The notes below the pieces were generated by a model. It saw only the letters and a program-made list of their open reading frames with translations. It did not search any database and was not told the DNA's origin. A DNA stretch of 64,000 nt from Nemertoderma westbladi (lineage: Eukaryota > Animalia > Xenacoelomorpha), in NCBI GenBank assembly GCA_032718475.1, contig JAUCBJ010007407.1:1-64000 (forward strand), given 5' to 3'. The position numbers and the translations under genes were made by a program. Numbering within the stretch: position 1 is the first letter of the stretch; each line of letters begins with the position of its first letter. Shown piece after piece: positions 29,029-41,400 of this stretch.

Positions 29029-29426
29029 TGTAGATAAAATAAATAAGGTGTGGCAATAAAATAAAGTTATAAAAACATAAGGTTATAAAAACAATCATAT
29101 AAAGTTCTGTATATTTACATACTTAAGGTTATCATGGTTTACAATATGATGTTACAATCAGTAAAAATATTATGACAATATAGTGAATATAATATAAATA
29201 ATTAAGGCATAATAATAAACGCATAATCAACCGCAATATAAATTGCCCAAACTATGTCGCTAAAATAATAATAATAATAAAAAATATCCTTCTGCTTGGC
29301 TGGGGTTCTGTAGGCTACTGAAGAAATGAAACCAAGAATATCGGTTTATATACAACAAATCCAATATTATATACTAAAAATGTGTTAATTAATAACCGAG
29401 CAATAAACTGCACTGTTACTCCTACA
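29029..29426 (-). repeat. Putative 5' LTR of element E (~398 bp, TGTAG...CTACA)
   Basis: 5-bp terminal inverted repeat, minus-strand TATATAAA at ~29345-29352, position directly upstream of gag. No second copy in the window. Confidence 0.5.
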
Positions 29427-30423
29427 AACATCCGGGCTGGCTATAACCAGTTTGACCTTTACGACAATAGAGTAACACAACTGAGTGCATCTCCACATAA
29501 AGAACTATAGATACAACAACAAGCGAAGCACACACCACAAAGGCACTCCAATATACCCGCCCGGGTTGAAATTCTTGGTATATTTCCTAAGTTCTAAACA
29601 AGTCTGCTTAGAAAGTCTTAGAACGCTTAGCAACGCTGGTGCAAAGGGTGAGTAAAGTACTAACAAATTTTCCAATTTCATAAAAAGGACATTGCAAGTT
29701 TATAATGTTTAGCAAGTTGTTGCTATGTGACTGACAAGTATTACAGGATATATAAACGTGCTTTATATGTAACCGATGATATATGCAAGCACTTTAGAAG
29801 TGTAATGAACTAATAACATGCGCATTACAAATCGAGCATATATCTGTTCCTATATATTCCTGGCACTAGTTCGAACCTGCGTCGCTAATTTTTTTAAGTA
29901 ATAATTATTTTAGAAAAATAAATGTTGTGGGAATAGTGGTGGTTAGCTTTCAAATGAAAGTAAATTATGACCCCCCCCCCCCCCCCCCCCCAATGACATA
30001 TGTAAACAAAACAAATTAATACAGAGACTGTTAATGTTTTTAATATAAACAACATATCAACAAACATATTATTACGCTCTACATTACATAGATATATACA
30101 CATCAGATATAAACGCGTAAATACTGTAGGTCTACACTAAAACACAGTTACGTCGGAAAAATTTAACCAAAAAGTTTAAAAATGGGATTCCTCATTTCTG
30201 TTTATGCAATAAAACTATTTAATTCAAATTTTTAATCTTATCAAGCGCTACAGTAGATTACGACTTGGAGCACAAAATAAAATACAAAATTTATCACCCG
30301 TCATATAAAGTTACCAATAACATATATTATATTCTAACTATGGATTGCAGCAATTGTATTTTGAACATTAAGGTTAACTTTTCCCAACGAAGATAGTGGT
30401 TCAATGAACCAATTAACATTAAC

Positions 30424-32311
30424 TATGCGAAGAGACAGTAACAAAATACCCTGCAATATCCTACTGTAAAGTTTGTGAATGAAATCATAAATCCGACCTT
30501 CTCACCAAAACAATAAACTCTAAGTAAGCGAATATATATATTGCAGTATTTTGTCTCTTATAACCGGTGAGGCAGAAAACAGTCTACGAACGGACAAACT
30601 TCGATAAAACAAAATCCTGCGCAGCGAATCCTAAAATCAGGCTGACTCACTGACGGACTAAGGGCGCTCGTATACCTTGCCGCGGTGTGATTTATATGGT
30701 TGGGATAGAGAAATGCTAGCTAGGTGCAGAGATGTCTAACTAGCGGGCAAAGCGCAGTACGGACAAAAGTTAATTTTATATATTTTGAGGTGTAAATAAT
30801 TTCTAACGCGCGTTTGTCTTGATTCTAAACAGTCAAAGTCAGTTTTGCTCCTTCACATATATAATTACTGGGTCCGGTGTGCATTTTACAAATATTCTAA
30901 TTTTGTAACTTGTAGGTCCAATACTCACGAATGATAAGGCTCCTTCCCCTTTCGTGTATTTCCAGGACTCAAATTCAGGCATAAGGTTAATACTACGCCC
31001 AGAATTCGGCAATTTAATTTACCAGGTCCCTAATACTAAGAAGAAATGTGTTAGTTTACTACAGTAGGCGTACAGTTACTAATAGCTAGCCTGGTTTTCT
31101 TATCTAGAATTTTGGTTGCCTAGATGTGCACGGCAACTTCCTAACAGAATGTTGGCGGGGACACGGTAGATGTTAGTATCCCTAATAGCCTCAATTTATT
31201 TTGCGCCTAGTTGTAAACTGCCCTACCGCCTGAACGGTACAATCCTAATTCAGGTAAAATACAGTAACCCTTCTGGCCTACAAGTTCTAATGCAATGGAC
31301 ACCGTTGTACTACAAACAGTCGCCGACGCACCTATACTTAGCAAGAGTTAGGCGTACAGTTTGCTGCACCCTACCAATGTGTATGCCTTGTACCGGTGTG
31401 CCTGCGTCCTATCTGTGTACTAGTATCTCTGCCTGATCTCCTCTCCCCCGTAGGAATATGAAGGTCTACTGCGGGTTTTTCTCTGAATTAAGACAGTACG
31501 GTCCCTAGATGTAATTTTTTAGCGCACAGCGTGTCACTACCTCTACCTTTGATCTTTGGTCTTACACTTAGGTAGCAAGGCATTGAACGCTGTCTAACCT
31601 TCAGGCGATGGGCGAATAACTCAAGAATGATATTGCGGGTTGTCTCCTCCTACATTCCTCAGATGTTCCCGTTCATTGCTGGGGTCCGATGTTTAGCCTG
31701 CCATCCTGTCCCTTAGTTGGGTTCACCGTGGTGAAGCATAGTAAAACAGATAGGAAAAGGGCAGATGTAACAAGTATTTCTAACTTTTATTACAGAATTA
31801 AACAATAACTATTATACAATAAATGTAACAAGAGTGAAGATAGATAGATAGAAAGAGATAACTAATGAACGAAATCGCACCTTTTATAGCAAATTTGTGC
31901 TGCAATCAATCGAGAAAATTCTCGATTGTTCTATGAGTTCTAATAGGTTTTTAAAGATAACTATTGGTCCAGCGAATATATAACTTGCACGACATTGGTT
32001 ACTATCTAATAACTGCAATCCCATTGGTTAATCTACTTCGAGCAAATGCAATTTAATTTGTAGCGGTTAATTTAAATGAGTTGAAACTCTGCACAAAAAA
32101 TAATTCGCACCTACTAGGATTCGAACTCAATACCTACTACATATAATTTCCAACGCTTTACCGACTGAGCTACTGAACCACTTGAATAATCATCGTACAA
32201 ATAGATATAGTAAATACAAATGAGGACTTAATGTAGTCTTTTATAGCAAAGTTAATTCGAACAAAATAAAATTTTGAAAATCCACGGCATTTATGAGAAT
32301 ATAATTCTATA
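30424..32311 (-). repeat. 3' LTR of element B (1888 bp, TA...TA termini)
   Basis: Direct repeat of 45000-46882; abuts the PPT ccgctccatg (32312-32321). Confidence 0.95.
32096..32181 (-). ncRNA. tRNA-derived Pol III cassette in the 3' LTR of B
   Basis: Minus strand gtggttcagtagctcagtcggtaaagcg...gagttcgaatcc...tttttt. Confidence 0.62.
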
Positions 32312-32823
32312 CCGCTCCATGAAAACAGGATATTATCGTGCATAAAATATACGGTTTTCACCAATACTAAATCAAATTATGGAATACTTGGGACGTACTT
32401 ACATATTTACAAATTAAATTATCAACAATAATACCTCTACATAATAATTCGATACAAAAATAATTACAAATTCAAATTTACGTATTTAAGGCTTTATTAA
32501 GTAAGTACAATATAAATCTAAATTAAATTCACCAAAATAAATCTATTGCATCTCAAATATTGCATAAATTCAAAGAATCACAAATACTAATACTACTTAA
32601 ATATAAAACAAATTGCATAAGTGCGGAATAAATCACAAGAAAGGCTCACAAGTCTTCCGTCTGCTCTTGCCTTCTATTTACTGCGAATACAAATACTGCT
32701 TCTTTATAAAATATAAATTGCATAATATTCGAAACAATAAATTGCGTAAGTTTGGAATGACTACAAATATAGCACTTTCTAAATATAAATCTTTCTAAAT
32801 GCAAATCTTTACTAAATATAGAT

Positions 32824-32930
32824 ATAAACTGCATAAGTTTAGAACAATATAAACTGCATAAGTTTAGAACAATATAAACTGCATAAGTTTAGAACAATAT
32901 AAACTGCATAAGTTTAGAACAATATAAACT
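32824..32930. repeat. 25-bp tandem repeat (ataaactgcataagtttagaacaat) x~4 in the 3' UTR of B
   Basis: Direct inspection; degenerate copies at 33045-33100. Confidence 0.85.
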
Positions 32931-33193
32931 CTTTAGGCATCTCAAATATAAAATATAAATCTTTCAAATATAAATTCCTTCTAAATACAAAACTTTCTGA
33001 ATTTCATAAAATCGGAACAATACAAATACATAAACTTGGGGCAATAATAAATTGCATAAATTTAGAACAATATAAATTGCATAAATTTAGAGCAATATAA
33101 ATTTTAAACAATACAAATTACACAAACAATACATAAGACAAACAATTCATAAGAAAGGCTCACGAGTCTTCCGTCCACTCCTTCCTTCCCGCT

Positions 33194-34795
33194 TTAACGC
33201 TTAGCGGATCGAGCTCTGCCGCGTCCTCGAAAACTGCGTATCGGCGATTTAGCTCGTGATATGGGACTTGTTGGGCGAGCTACTGGTTTACTTTGGACGT
33301 TGGGAGGTGGTACGACCATTTCCTCACATATTCGTCTCTTAGTTATCCCAAATCCTCGTCCAATCCCTTGTGACCGATCGGTTGTATCTACCGCTGGTAA
33401 AACGTCTGGGAACGCGCGGGAAGCGGACGACGCAGACCCAAGAGAAGCTTGCGCCCCCTTTTGATCAGCTGGTATATGTCCCGATCCTCCTTGCGGTTCT
33501 CTGGGAAGCGAAACCGTATCCCGAGTAATTCGAATAGTCGGTTCGTATCCCCTTCGTTCTTCAACGTTGATAGTTTTCTTTAACTGTTGGCCCACTTTCT
33601 GAACCCTTATGATCCTGTGCTGTCCGTCCTCCCGAGGGTGACGTGCAGACGGCGCGTCCGGAGTAGCTGGTATGTTGGTCGCCTCTAGGACCTCCTCTTC
33701 CTCGAATACGCTCGCTCGTATACGTTTATGGTAGAACGCGGCTCGGTACGCCCATGCGACGGTTAACCAAGCTCCCTTGTTCCGCTTTTCCGTTCGGAAC
33801 CGGTCAAATTCACCATAGGTGATACGATTAACGACTTTCTGGAAATTCCATGTATTCTTATTGTCAGGGTGTATCTGTAACAAATATTCGCGCACAACTC
33901 GGAATCCGCTATCGTGAGGCAAAATATCAACTACCTCGATGAGTTCGTCATATTGTGGCATAGCGGAGATATATCCTTCCGACATCATAGTTTGGGGATT
34001 TACCGCCCAAAATCCAAGATGCGCTCTCATCGGGAATCGTCTTCTTTGTGCCGATACATGTTCGTCAGCTAAATCTTCCCAATCATCAAATAGTTTTCGC
34101 ACGAGTTTTACAGATTCGTGTTCGTATGGTATGTCTCGCAGTTGGCATTCAGATGCTCAATGTCCCTTTATATTGCAGTATGTGCATTGAGCCATAAATC
34201 TCCAGCAAGTATAAAATGTATGGGACCCTTGATCTCCACACCATCCACAGATTAGTTGAGTCGTAGTAATGTGCTTTCCACTGCACTTTGTCGAATGATG
34301 TCCAGCGACGCCACATTTACCACACATCGTATTAGCAGGGTACCACACTCGCTCATATATAAGATCGCCAATGGGTCGAGCGCTTCCTCCCACACTATAG
34401 TCATAATCGTCTGGATCGATAGGTTGGTGTGTTTCAGAAGGTTGTATTGCAAACTACAGCATCTGTTGCTTCTAGTTGTCGAATCTCCGTCTGAGATTTC
34501 TTCGGGAGGTTCCTTTCAATCTCAAGAAGTTCCTCTAAAGGATCATCGATGGTCGTCGTTACTTCGAAATCAGCACCTAAGTGACCGATAGGCGCGCGCG
34601 TCTGCCGTGATTCGTCCGTAACCTCCACGATACCGTCGTGTCATATTTAGTCTTTGCGAGTTTCGCTGTACTTTCTGATAAGTCCTTTATTCCAAATATG
34701 GTATAGTCTTTAGCTCCAAATCGTTCAAATGGCGCTGCTGCTTCCTCTTGGATATCATATCCCCATCTCGGCTCTCCATGTATCCCCTTCGCCAT
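33194..34795 (-). pseudogene. Element B accessory gene, internally deleted (exonuclease domain missing); zinc knuckles and C-terminal domain retained
   Basis: ORFs 34577-34903, 34434-34628, 34157-34393 and 33194-34102 match the A accessory N-terminus and the region from ~14090 on (e.g. PIGDLIYERVWYPANT identical). Confidence 0.85.
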
Positions 34796-35461
34796 TCTTT
34801 GAAGTATGGTTATATAATCATTGCTACTAGAGGGAATACAACAGAGTTTATTGTTAGTTGTGAGGAGATGTGAGAGTTTTAGTCTGCCCTTTTGGCTCGA
34901 CAACGCTCTAACCTCCTACCCATAGCCTAAGATCTAGGGTTTCTTTAATGACACGCTGCTTCTTATCTAAAATTTTTTGCCGAAATAAAAACGATTTTGG
35001 GCTAAACTGGCTGTGAGTCTAAAATACTCACTTTTTGATCCCAAACTATTATCAGAAAATAAGCAATCAAGAGTTAGTAATAAATATAGGGAAGTCTATT
35101 ATTTGACGTAACTTATTGAAACAAGACTGTGTAAAATTTAATTAAAATTTAAGAAAGGCTCGCGAGTCTTCCATTCTCTTGTTTCTCTAATTTTAAGTTC
35201 CACCCGACTGTACCCTGAAATCTATTCACTGGAGAAAATTTTAAAATTTTTTCAAATCCAAATGGATTGTCTAAAATTTCGAAAATGTCTCAATATTGTG
35301 AGTTCCAAGTAGAATTCCATTTCTTATACCTACAAATCCCGCTCCTATGTGACACATAAGGGTACTACGGTGCTCAATGTTCACATATAAAGACAATGGA
35401 ATTCTACCGCTGTCTTTACTACGGTGTACAGGTACGTGGAAATCTATTTGTAAACTCCTTA

Positions 35462-38400
35462 CTATTTACTAACATTTGTTGGAGATTTGTAATCTCCAGA
35501 CTTGTTTCACGTCTCTTCAAGAAGTACGAGACGTTGTGTCGGTCTGTCTACTGTACGACCGTCAATTGTCCGTACAGTCACAGTTCTTGTCACTCCATCC
35601 ATAGATGGATGTGTGTCCAAAATTACACCTGTTATCCAGAAGCTTCTTTTTAGATTCACTTCTGCCAACAGCACGTGATCTCCCGCTCTTAAAGCGCGAG
35701 TTTTGTTGTACCAGGTAGTTCTGGCAGAAATAGAGGGCAAATAATGGTTTTGCCATATTTCCCAGAATTTGTTAGCTAGTAGTTGCGTGATTTTCCACGC
35801 TTTTCTACCGTAGCTATCGCCTTCTATGGGAATAGAAATAGGCGTTAATGTGGTCGGTGCCTGCATAAGCAGGTGTGCCGGTGTCAAAGCAAACTGGGAT
35901 TGTTTGTCATCGGGTACTAATACTATTGGTCTAATATTTAGTATTGCCTCGATTTCAACAAACAATGTTGTCAGTTGGTCGTCTGTCAAGATGTGGTTTA
36001 CTGGAATTACTTTTGCCATGGCTGTTTTTATAGATCTAATCAATCTCTCCCAGACTCCGCCTCTCCATGGACTATCTGGAGGATTAAACTTCCAAACAAT
36101 CTTGTAAGGACGTAGTTCGTTTGAGATTTGATCATGATCTAATTTCTTAAAGGCTCTAGCAATTTCATTTCGTGCACCAACAAAGTTTGTACCTTGATCT
36201 GAGTACAAGCATGTTACTAGTCCGCGTCTAGCGATAAATCGCCACAATGCTAGTATAAAGGCGTTGGTGGAAAGATCCATCACACGTTCAATATGAACTG
36301 CCCTACTGGACATGCATGTGAAAATCAGTCCCCAACGTTTTACTAGTATATGTCCACGTTTTGTATGTATGGGACCAAAGCAGTCAATTCCAGTCTCTGT
36401 GAAGGGTGGTCTGAATGCTTGTAGTCGTGCTTGTGGAAGTTCACTCATTTCTTGGGTACTTATTCTAGAATGTACCTTTTTACAAATAATACACATACGC
36501 GTCACTGAACTTAATGCTTTACTGGGTCTAATTAATACAAATCTTGTACGTAAGTAGGAAAGACAGTGGTGTCTTCCAGCTTGTTTCAGATGTAAATGTG
36601 CATCCAGTATCATTGCACGTTGTAATTCGTGATGTTGTGGTATTATTATTGGGTACCTAAAATCAGTATTAAAGTCAATGTTTTGAAGCCGAGATTTATG
36701 ACAAATTAAGCCATTATAAATAATCGGACTCCAACTTAATATTGGTGATGACTTGATTGGTTGACCTTGACTTATAGATGTAAATTCGCGCGCGAAATAT
36801 CGCAATTGATAATGGCGAATTAATTTAATTTCACATCTGTCAATCTCAGTCAATGTGAGTCGACGTGTAAAGTCGCGTTTGCCTTTAACGTATTGTACAA
36901 AACGTACAATCCACGCTAATTTTCGGCACGCTTTGGTCCAAGAATCTGTTAGGTTTACAATACGGTCGACGTAAGTATTTGTGACGTCATCAGGTAAGTC
37001 AATGGAGAATTTAGAAGGTTTTGTTTTACTAGATGGGCCCACGAGTCCGCCGGTAAGTATTCCCTTGTTGACTGTTGATCCATCCGGGTCTACAAGTAAT
37101 TTGTCCTTCTTCGTCTTCTTACCTTGATTGTCAGTACTTTGTGCGTCGATCCCTAATGGTGGTTTTAACTTTATGGGATCACTGGGTTTTGGTAAATTTA
37201 TTTTTGTGCCGATATTAATCCCAGGTCTCACCGTAGGTTGTAAGGTTGGTATGTCTCTTGAGCGTAAAGTAACACCTGTATTTACATTAGCGTAGGTACT
37301 ACCCACATCTGTAATACATGAGGTTTCACTGTACTTATGGTTACTCAAGGGTGTCAAGTTTGGTAGTTTGTCAATAGAAGGCTGCTCCAATAGGGAAACT
37401 GCGGCTTTACTATGTGTCGCTACGTTACTAATGTCTGGTAGAACATCTTGTGAAATGTCTGGTAAAATGTTTCGCGGAACATCCGGCGAAACGTCTAGTG
37501 ACATGTCTGGCAAAATGTCTGGTTGACCGTCTAGTAACGTGTCTGGTTGACCGTCTAGTAACGTGTCTGGTTGACCGTCTAGTAACATGTCTGGTTGACC
37601 GTCTGGCGATACGTCTGGTTGACCGTCTGGCGATACGTCTGGTAACATGTCTGGTTGACCGTCTGGCGATACGTCTGGTTGAGAAAGGCTCGCAAGTCTT
37701 CCTGCCCTAACTTTGTGAGTTATATTCTTCCATTTCGCCTTTGGTTTCTTCTTAAGTTTCGCCGTTGTCTTTTTCTTTGCTTTACCTTTCTTTGGTTTTT
37801 TAATTTCGGCGTCCTTAGGAATAGTATTAGACTTGTTATCGTAAAGTGGCGGCCAATGTTGTGTTGCTCTTTGTAAGAATTGTGGTCCATGTTGCCAAAA
37901 TTTCTTGTTTTCCGGTTTACAGAATTCCTCAGGCATCATTCCTCGCGATGCAATATCAGCTGGATTTTGTGGTCCGGGACAATGTCGCCAATCTTCCTTT
38001 ATTGAACGGTCTAGAATTTCTGCACGACGGTTAGCTACGAATGTCTTGAATTCAAGTGTGTCATTGTTTATATAAAATAAAACTAACGTCGCGTCAGTCC
38101 AATAAAATATCTGTAAACTTGACTGTAGTTCAGTCTGTATGAGGTTTACAATTGTCGTTGACAGAGTTGCGGCTTGTAGCTCAGCGCGTGGTGTCGTCAT
38201 ATACTTAGTAGGCATTGTTTTAGCCTTAGAAGTAATGAGCGAAACATCAAACTCGTCTGAGTCTACTTGTCTGCGCAAATACGCTGTCACTCCAAAGCCG
38301 TTGTCACTGGCGTCGGAAAAACAATGTAATTCTAAGTTGTCAGGAAATGTCGTCTGTAATGGAAAGTACACCCGGGGTATGGAATAATCCTCTAGCGAAG

Positions 38401-41400
38401 ATAATTGCGCCTCCCAAGTCTTCCATAAGTCCACTTGTTCGGATGAGATTGGTTCGTCCCATGTCAGTCCATCTTTCCAAATACTGCGCATATATATTCT
38501 TGCTTGCAGTATTATTGGGCTGATGAAACCTAATGGATCGAACAGTCTGCTTAGTTTCGACAAGCAAGACCTCTTTGTCAGAGAATCTCCTTCAGCGTCC
38601 AGTTTTACTTTCACTCGAAAGTTGTCTGTGTTCGGGTCCCAAAATAGTCCCAACACCTTGGTCGTCGGCAGTGGTTCGAACTCTAAGTCAATGTCCCCAC
38701 CCCCACGTTCAGTCGTTTCGAATGAATTTACCAATTCGGTGCTGTTTGAGGCAAACTTAGTGAGGTTAAAACCTCCGCCTGCTAAACAGTCCCGTAATTG
38801 ATGTGCTACTGTTATAGCACTTTCTACTGTGTCACAACTCTGTAATCCATCGTCTACGTAAAAGTCTCGTTCTACGATCCGGATTACCTCTGGGTCATAC
38901 ATATGTTTCTGATCCCTAGCGGTCTGTTTTAGGGCGTACATAGTGCAATTTGGGCTGTCCCTGGCACCGAAAACGCAAACTTGCATTTGGTAAGTCGCCG
39001 GTGGTTGACTTAAGTCTCCATCCGGGTACCAGAGGAACCTCAAACTGTCTCTGTCTCGCTCTAATGCTCGCACTTGGTGAAACATCGCTTCTACGTCACA
39101 AGTAAATGCTACTTGGCGCTGACGGAAGCGCATAATCACCCCCATGAGATAATTATTCATGTTTGGTCCGTCCATCAAGTCACTGTTGAGAGACATTCCT
39201 TCAAACAGGGCCGCGCAGTCGTTAACTACGCGTACTTTATCAGGTTTGTCGGGGTGTCTCACATAGTGATGTGGCAAATAGTATGTCTGGTCTGTCACAA
39301 TCTCTGGGTTTGTCATCCTGATAGCGTACCCTTTTGTCAAATACGTCTCCATCTGAGTATTGTACTGCAGATGGGCTTTCTCGTCCTTTAATAAACGTTG
39401 TCGTATTGAGTGTAGACGTCTTAAGGCTAGCGGATAATTATTGATAAGTTTAGGGCTTTGGCTACGCCATAGCATCCCTACCTCATAATGTCCGTCTTTC
39501 GTCTGGTGGATAGTATCTTCCATGATCTTCAAAGATTGTTTCTCTTGTTCCGACATACACGGTTCATAACTACCGGGTTCTGCTGTATCTTGTTCTAACC
39601 ACCTGATAGTTTTCTCTGTTAATTCTTTGTCTAATGCAGCTTGTTCCACTTGACAGTTCCTTAGTGTGTCGACATCGATATCGACGGGCATCGTTAATGT
39701 TATTGGTGTAGATAGACTCGCAAGCCTTCCGGCGTTATCATCTGTCGTCGATGGAACCTCTGCCTGACTCGTCTTCTTTTCACGCTCTATACTAACCTTG
39801 TGGATAGGTTGCTTTCTGTGACTTATCGTATTAGCTACACACGTCGTACCTGTAACGTTGTCGTGTTTTGTCGAACGTAGTGTAGTATAGTCTATGTCAG
39901 GTGAAAAGGAATGAATCGAAGTTGTAGTTAGTAAACTACATGTACTTTGTACATCGTCTTCTTCATCACTTATATCCAGTGTGCGCACAGGCGCTCGAGT
40001 ATACCACCCTATCGGAATTCTACAGGCGTAAGCATTTCCTGCTACGACTACCGATGGTCTGGTTTCCCACACTTGATGTAAGTTGAATTGGTCTGTCCCG
40101 ATCAGCATTGCTACTGACCGATAATTAACAGGACATTCAGGTACACCAAGGTGTCTGAAATACTTACGGTCCTCTAAGGATTGCTCCGGCACTGGACCCA
40201 GTAGGTTACTAAAGTCCTTGGTGGCCGCAAAAGTCAAATCCTTAAAGGGTAACAAAGACCTCTCCTTTTCGCTATGTTGCGATCTCGGAAGAAGAGTGTC
40301 CAAGTTTAACTTAACTCGTGTCACTGGTATTGCACGTTGTCCATGCATACTACTTACAGTGTACTTTAGATGCTTACCTTGTCTGAGATCTGTGACGACA
40401 TCAGCTACCTTTTCATCCACGTAGCTGTGAGATGAGGCTGAATCTAGGATAGCGTAGATTCTTTTGCTCCCTTTTGTGCCTGTAATCTTAACGGGAATTA
40501 CACTAAACCCTTTTAGTTGATCAGGCGTCAGAAGAGCGATCAATGGTTGTTCGTCTTCATCCGAGTATATGTCCTCGTCTTCATATTCTTCACCAGAAGA
40601 CCCGGATTGTTCTGGGAAGCAATCCCAAATATGTGTCACAAAGGTTGGCGTTGTTCTCGATTCGCGCGTTTTGTACGCATTATTACATTTCGCTGCTGCT
40701 TCTGGGTGTTCCCTGGTGAAGCGTATGGTCGGTGTATGACTGTCCGTGTGGAGTAAAGCGTCGTGATTGCGTCCACATAAATGACAGGTATCCGTATTAG
40801 GGCAATCCTTGCAGACATGTCCATGTTGTGTACACCTCCAACAAGAATCTAACGGTCTTATTTGAAGTCGTCGTTCCTCTGAGTTTAATTCCCGAAATAA
40901 CCGGCAACCTCTTAATTTGTGACCAGTGTGCCGCTTGCCTAACTGCTCGCAGTATTGGCAACCGCTAAAATCTGCACTCAGTTGTTGTCGGGTCTGTTTG
41001 ATTCCAATAGGTGCAGACACCTTACTACCATCTGAAAATTGTCGGGTTTCCGTCGGTGTAGCGTAAGTGGCCGTCTTGGTGGATGTCGTCAGTTGTTTTT
41101 GTCGGTTGTGTGATGGTAAGGAAATTCCTTCTGCTACGATGTGTTGGTCAGTGTAGTTGGATCGAGTCTCCACTACCGCTTCCCTGGATATTAATAAGTA
41201 CACATCTTCTAGTTTTAGGAATCCACCTCTCTCTTCCCGCTGGTATTCAATCTTCCTCCACTCCCGACGAAGTCGATGGTGGAGTCTTCCTATAATCTTT
41301 AATAGGACAGTAGGGGTGTTTCCATACTCAAGTTGTCCAATAGATCTTAAGGTTGTGATAGCGTTTTTTATTTCGTCAGTGAGTTTTAGTAAGTCGACGG

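Larger units (their letters stand above)
26686..29426 (-). mobile_element. BEL/Pao element E, 5' part (LTR plus degenerate gag), interrupted by C
   Basis: BEL gag core FSGDPVAWPQF..QLAMLQGQLDGKAKHAVSGF; a CVYCGGTH-type knuckle is cut at the C junction; putative LTR upstream. Confidence 0.8.

Noticed and set aside
31170-31436. 88-aa ORF duplicated at 45746-46012
   Set aside because: Duplicated only because it lies in the LTR, antisense to the element, with no counterpart seen in LTR A.
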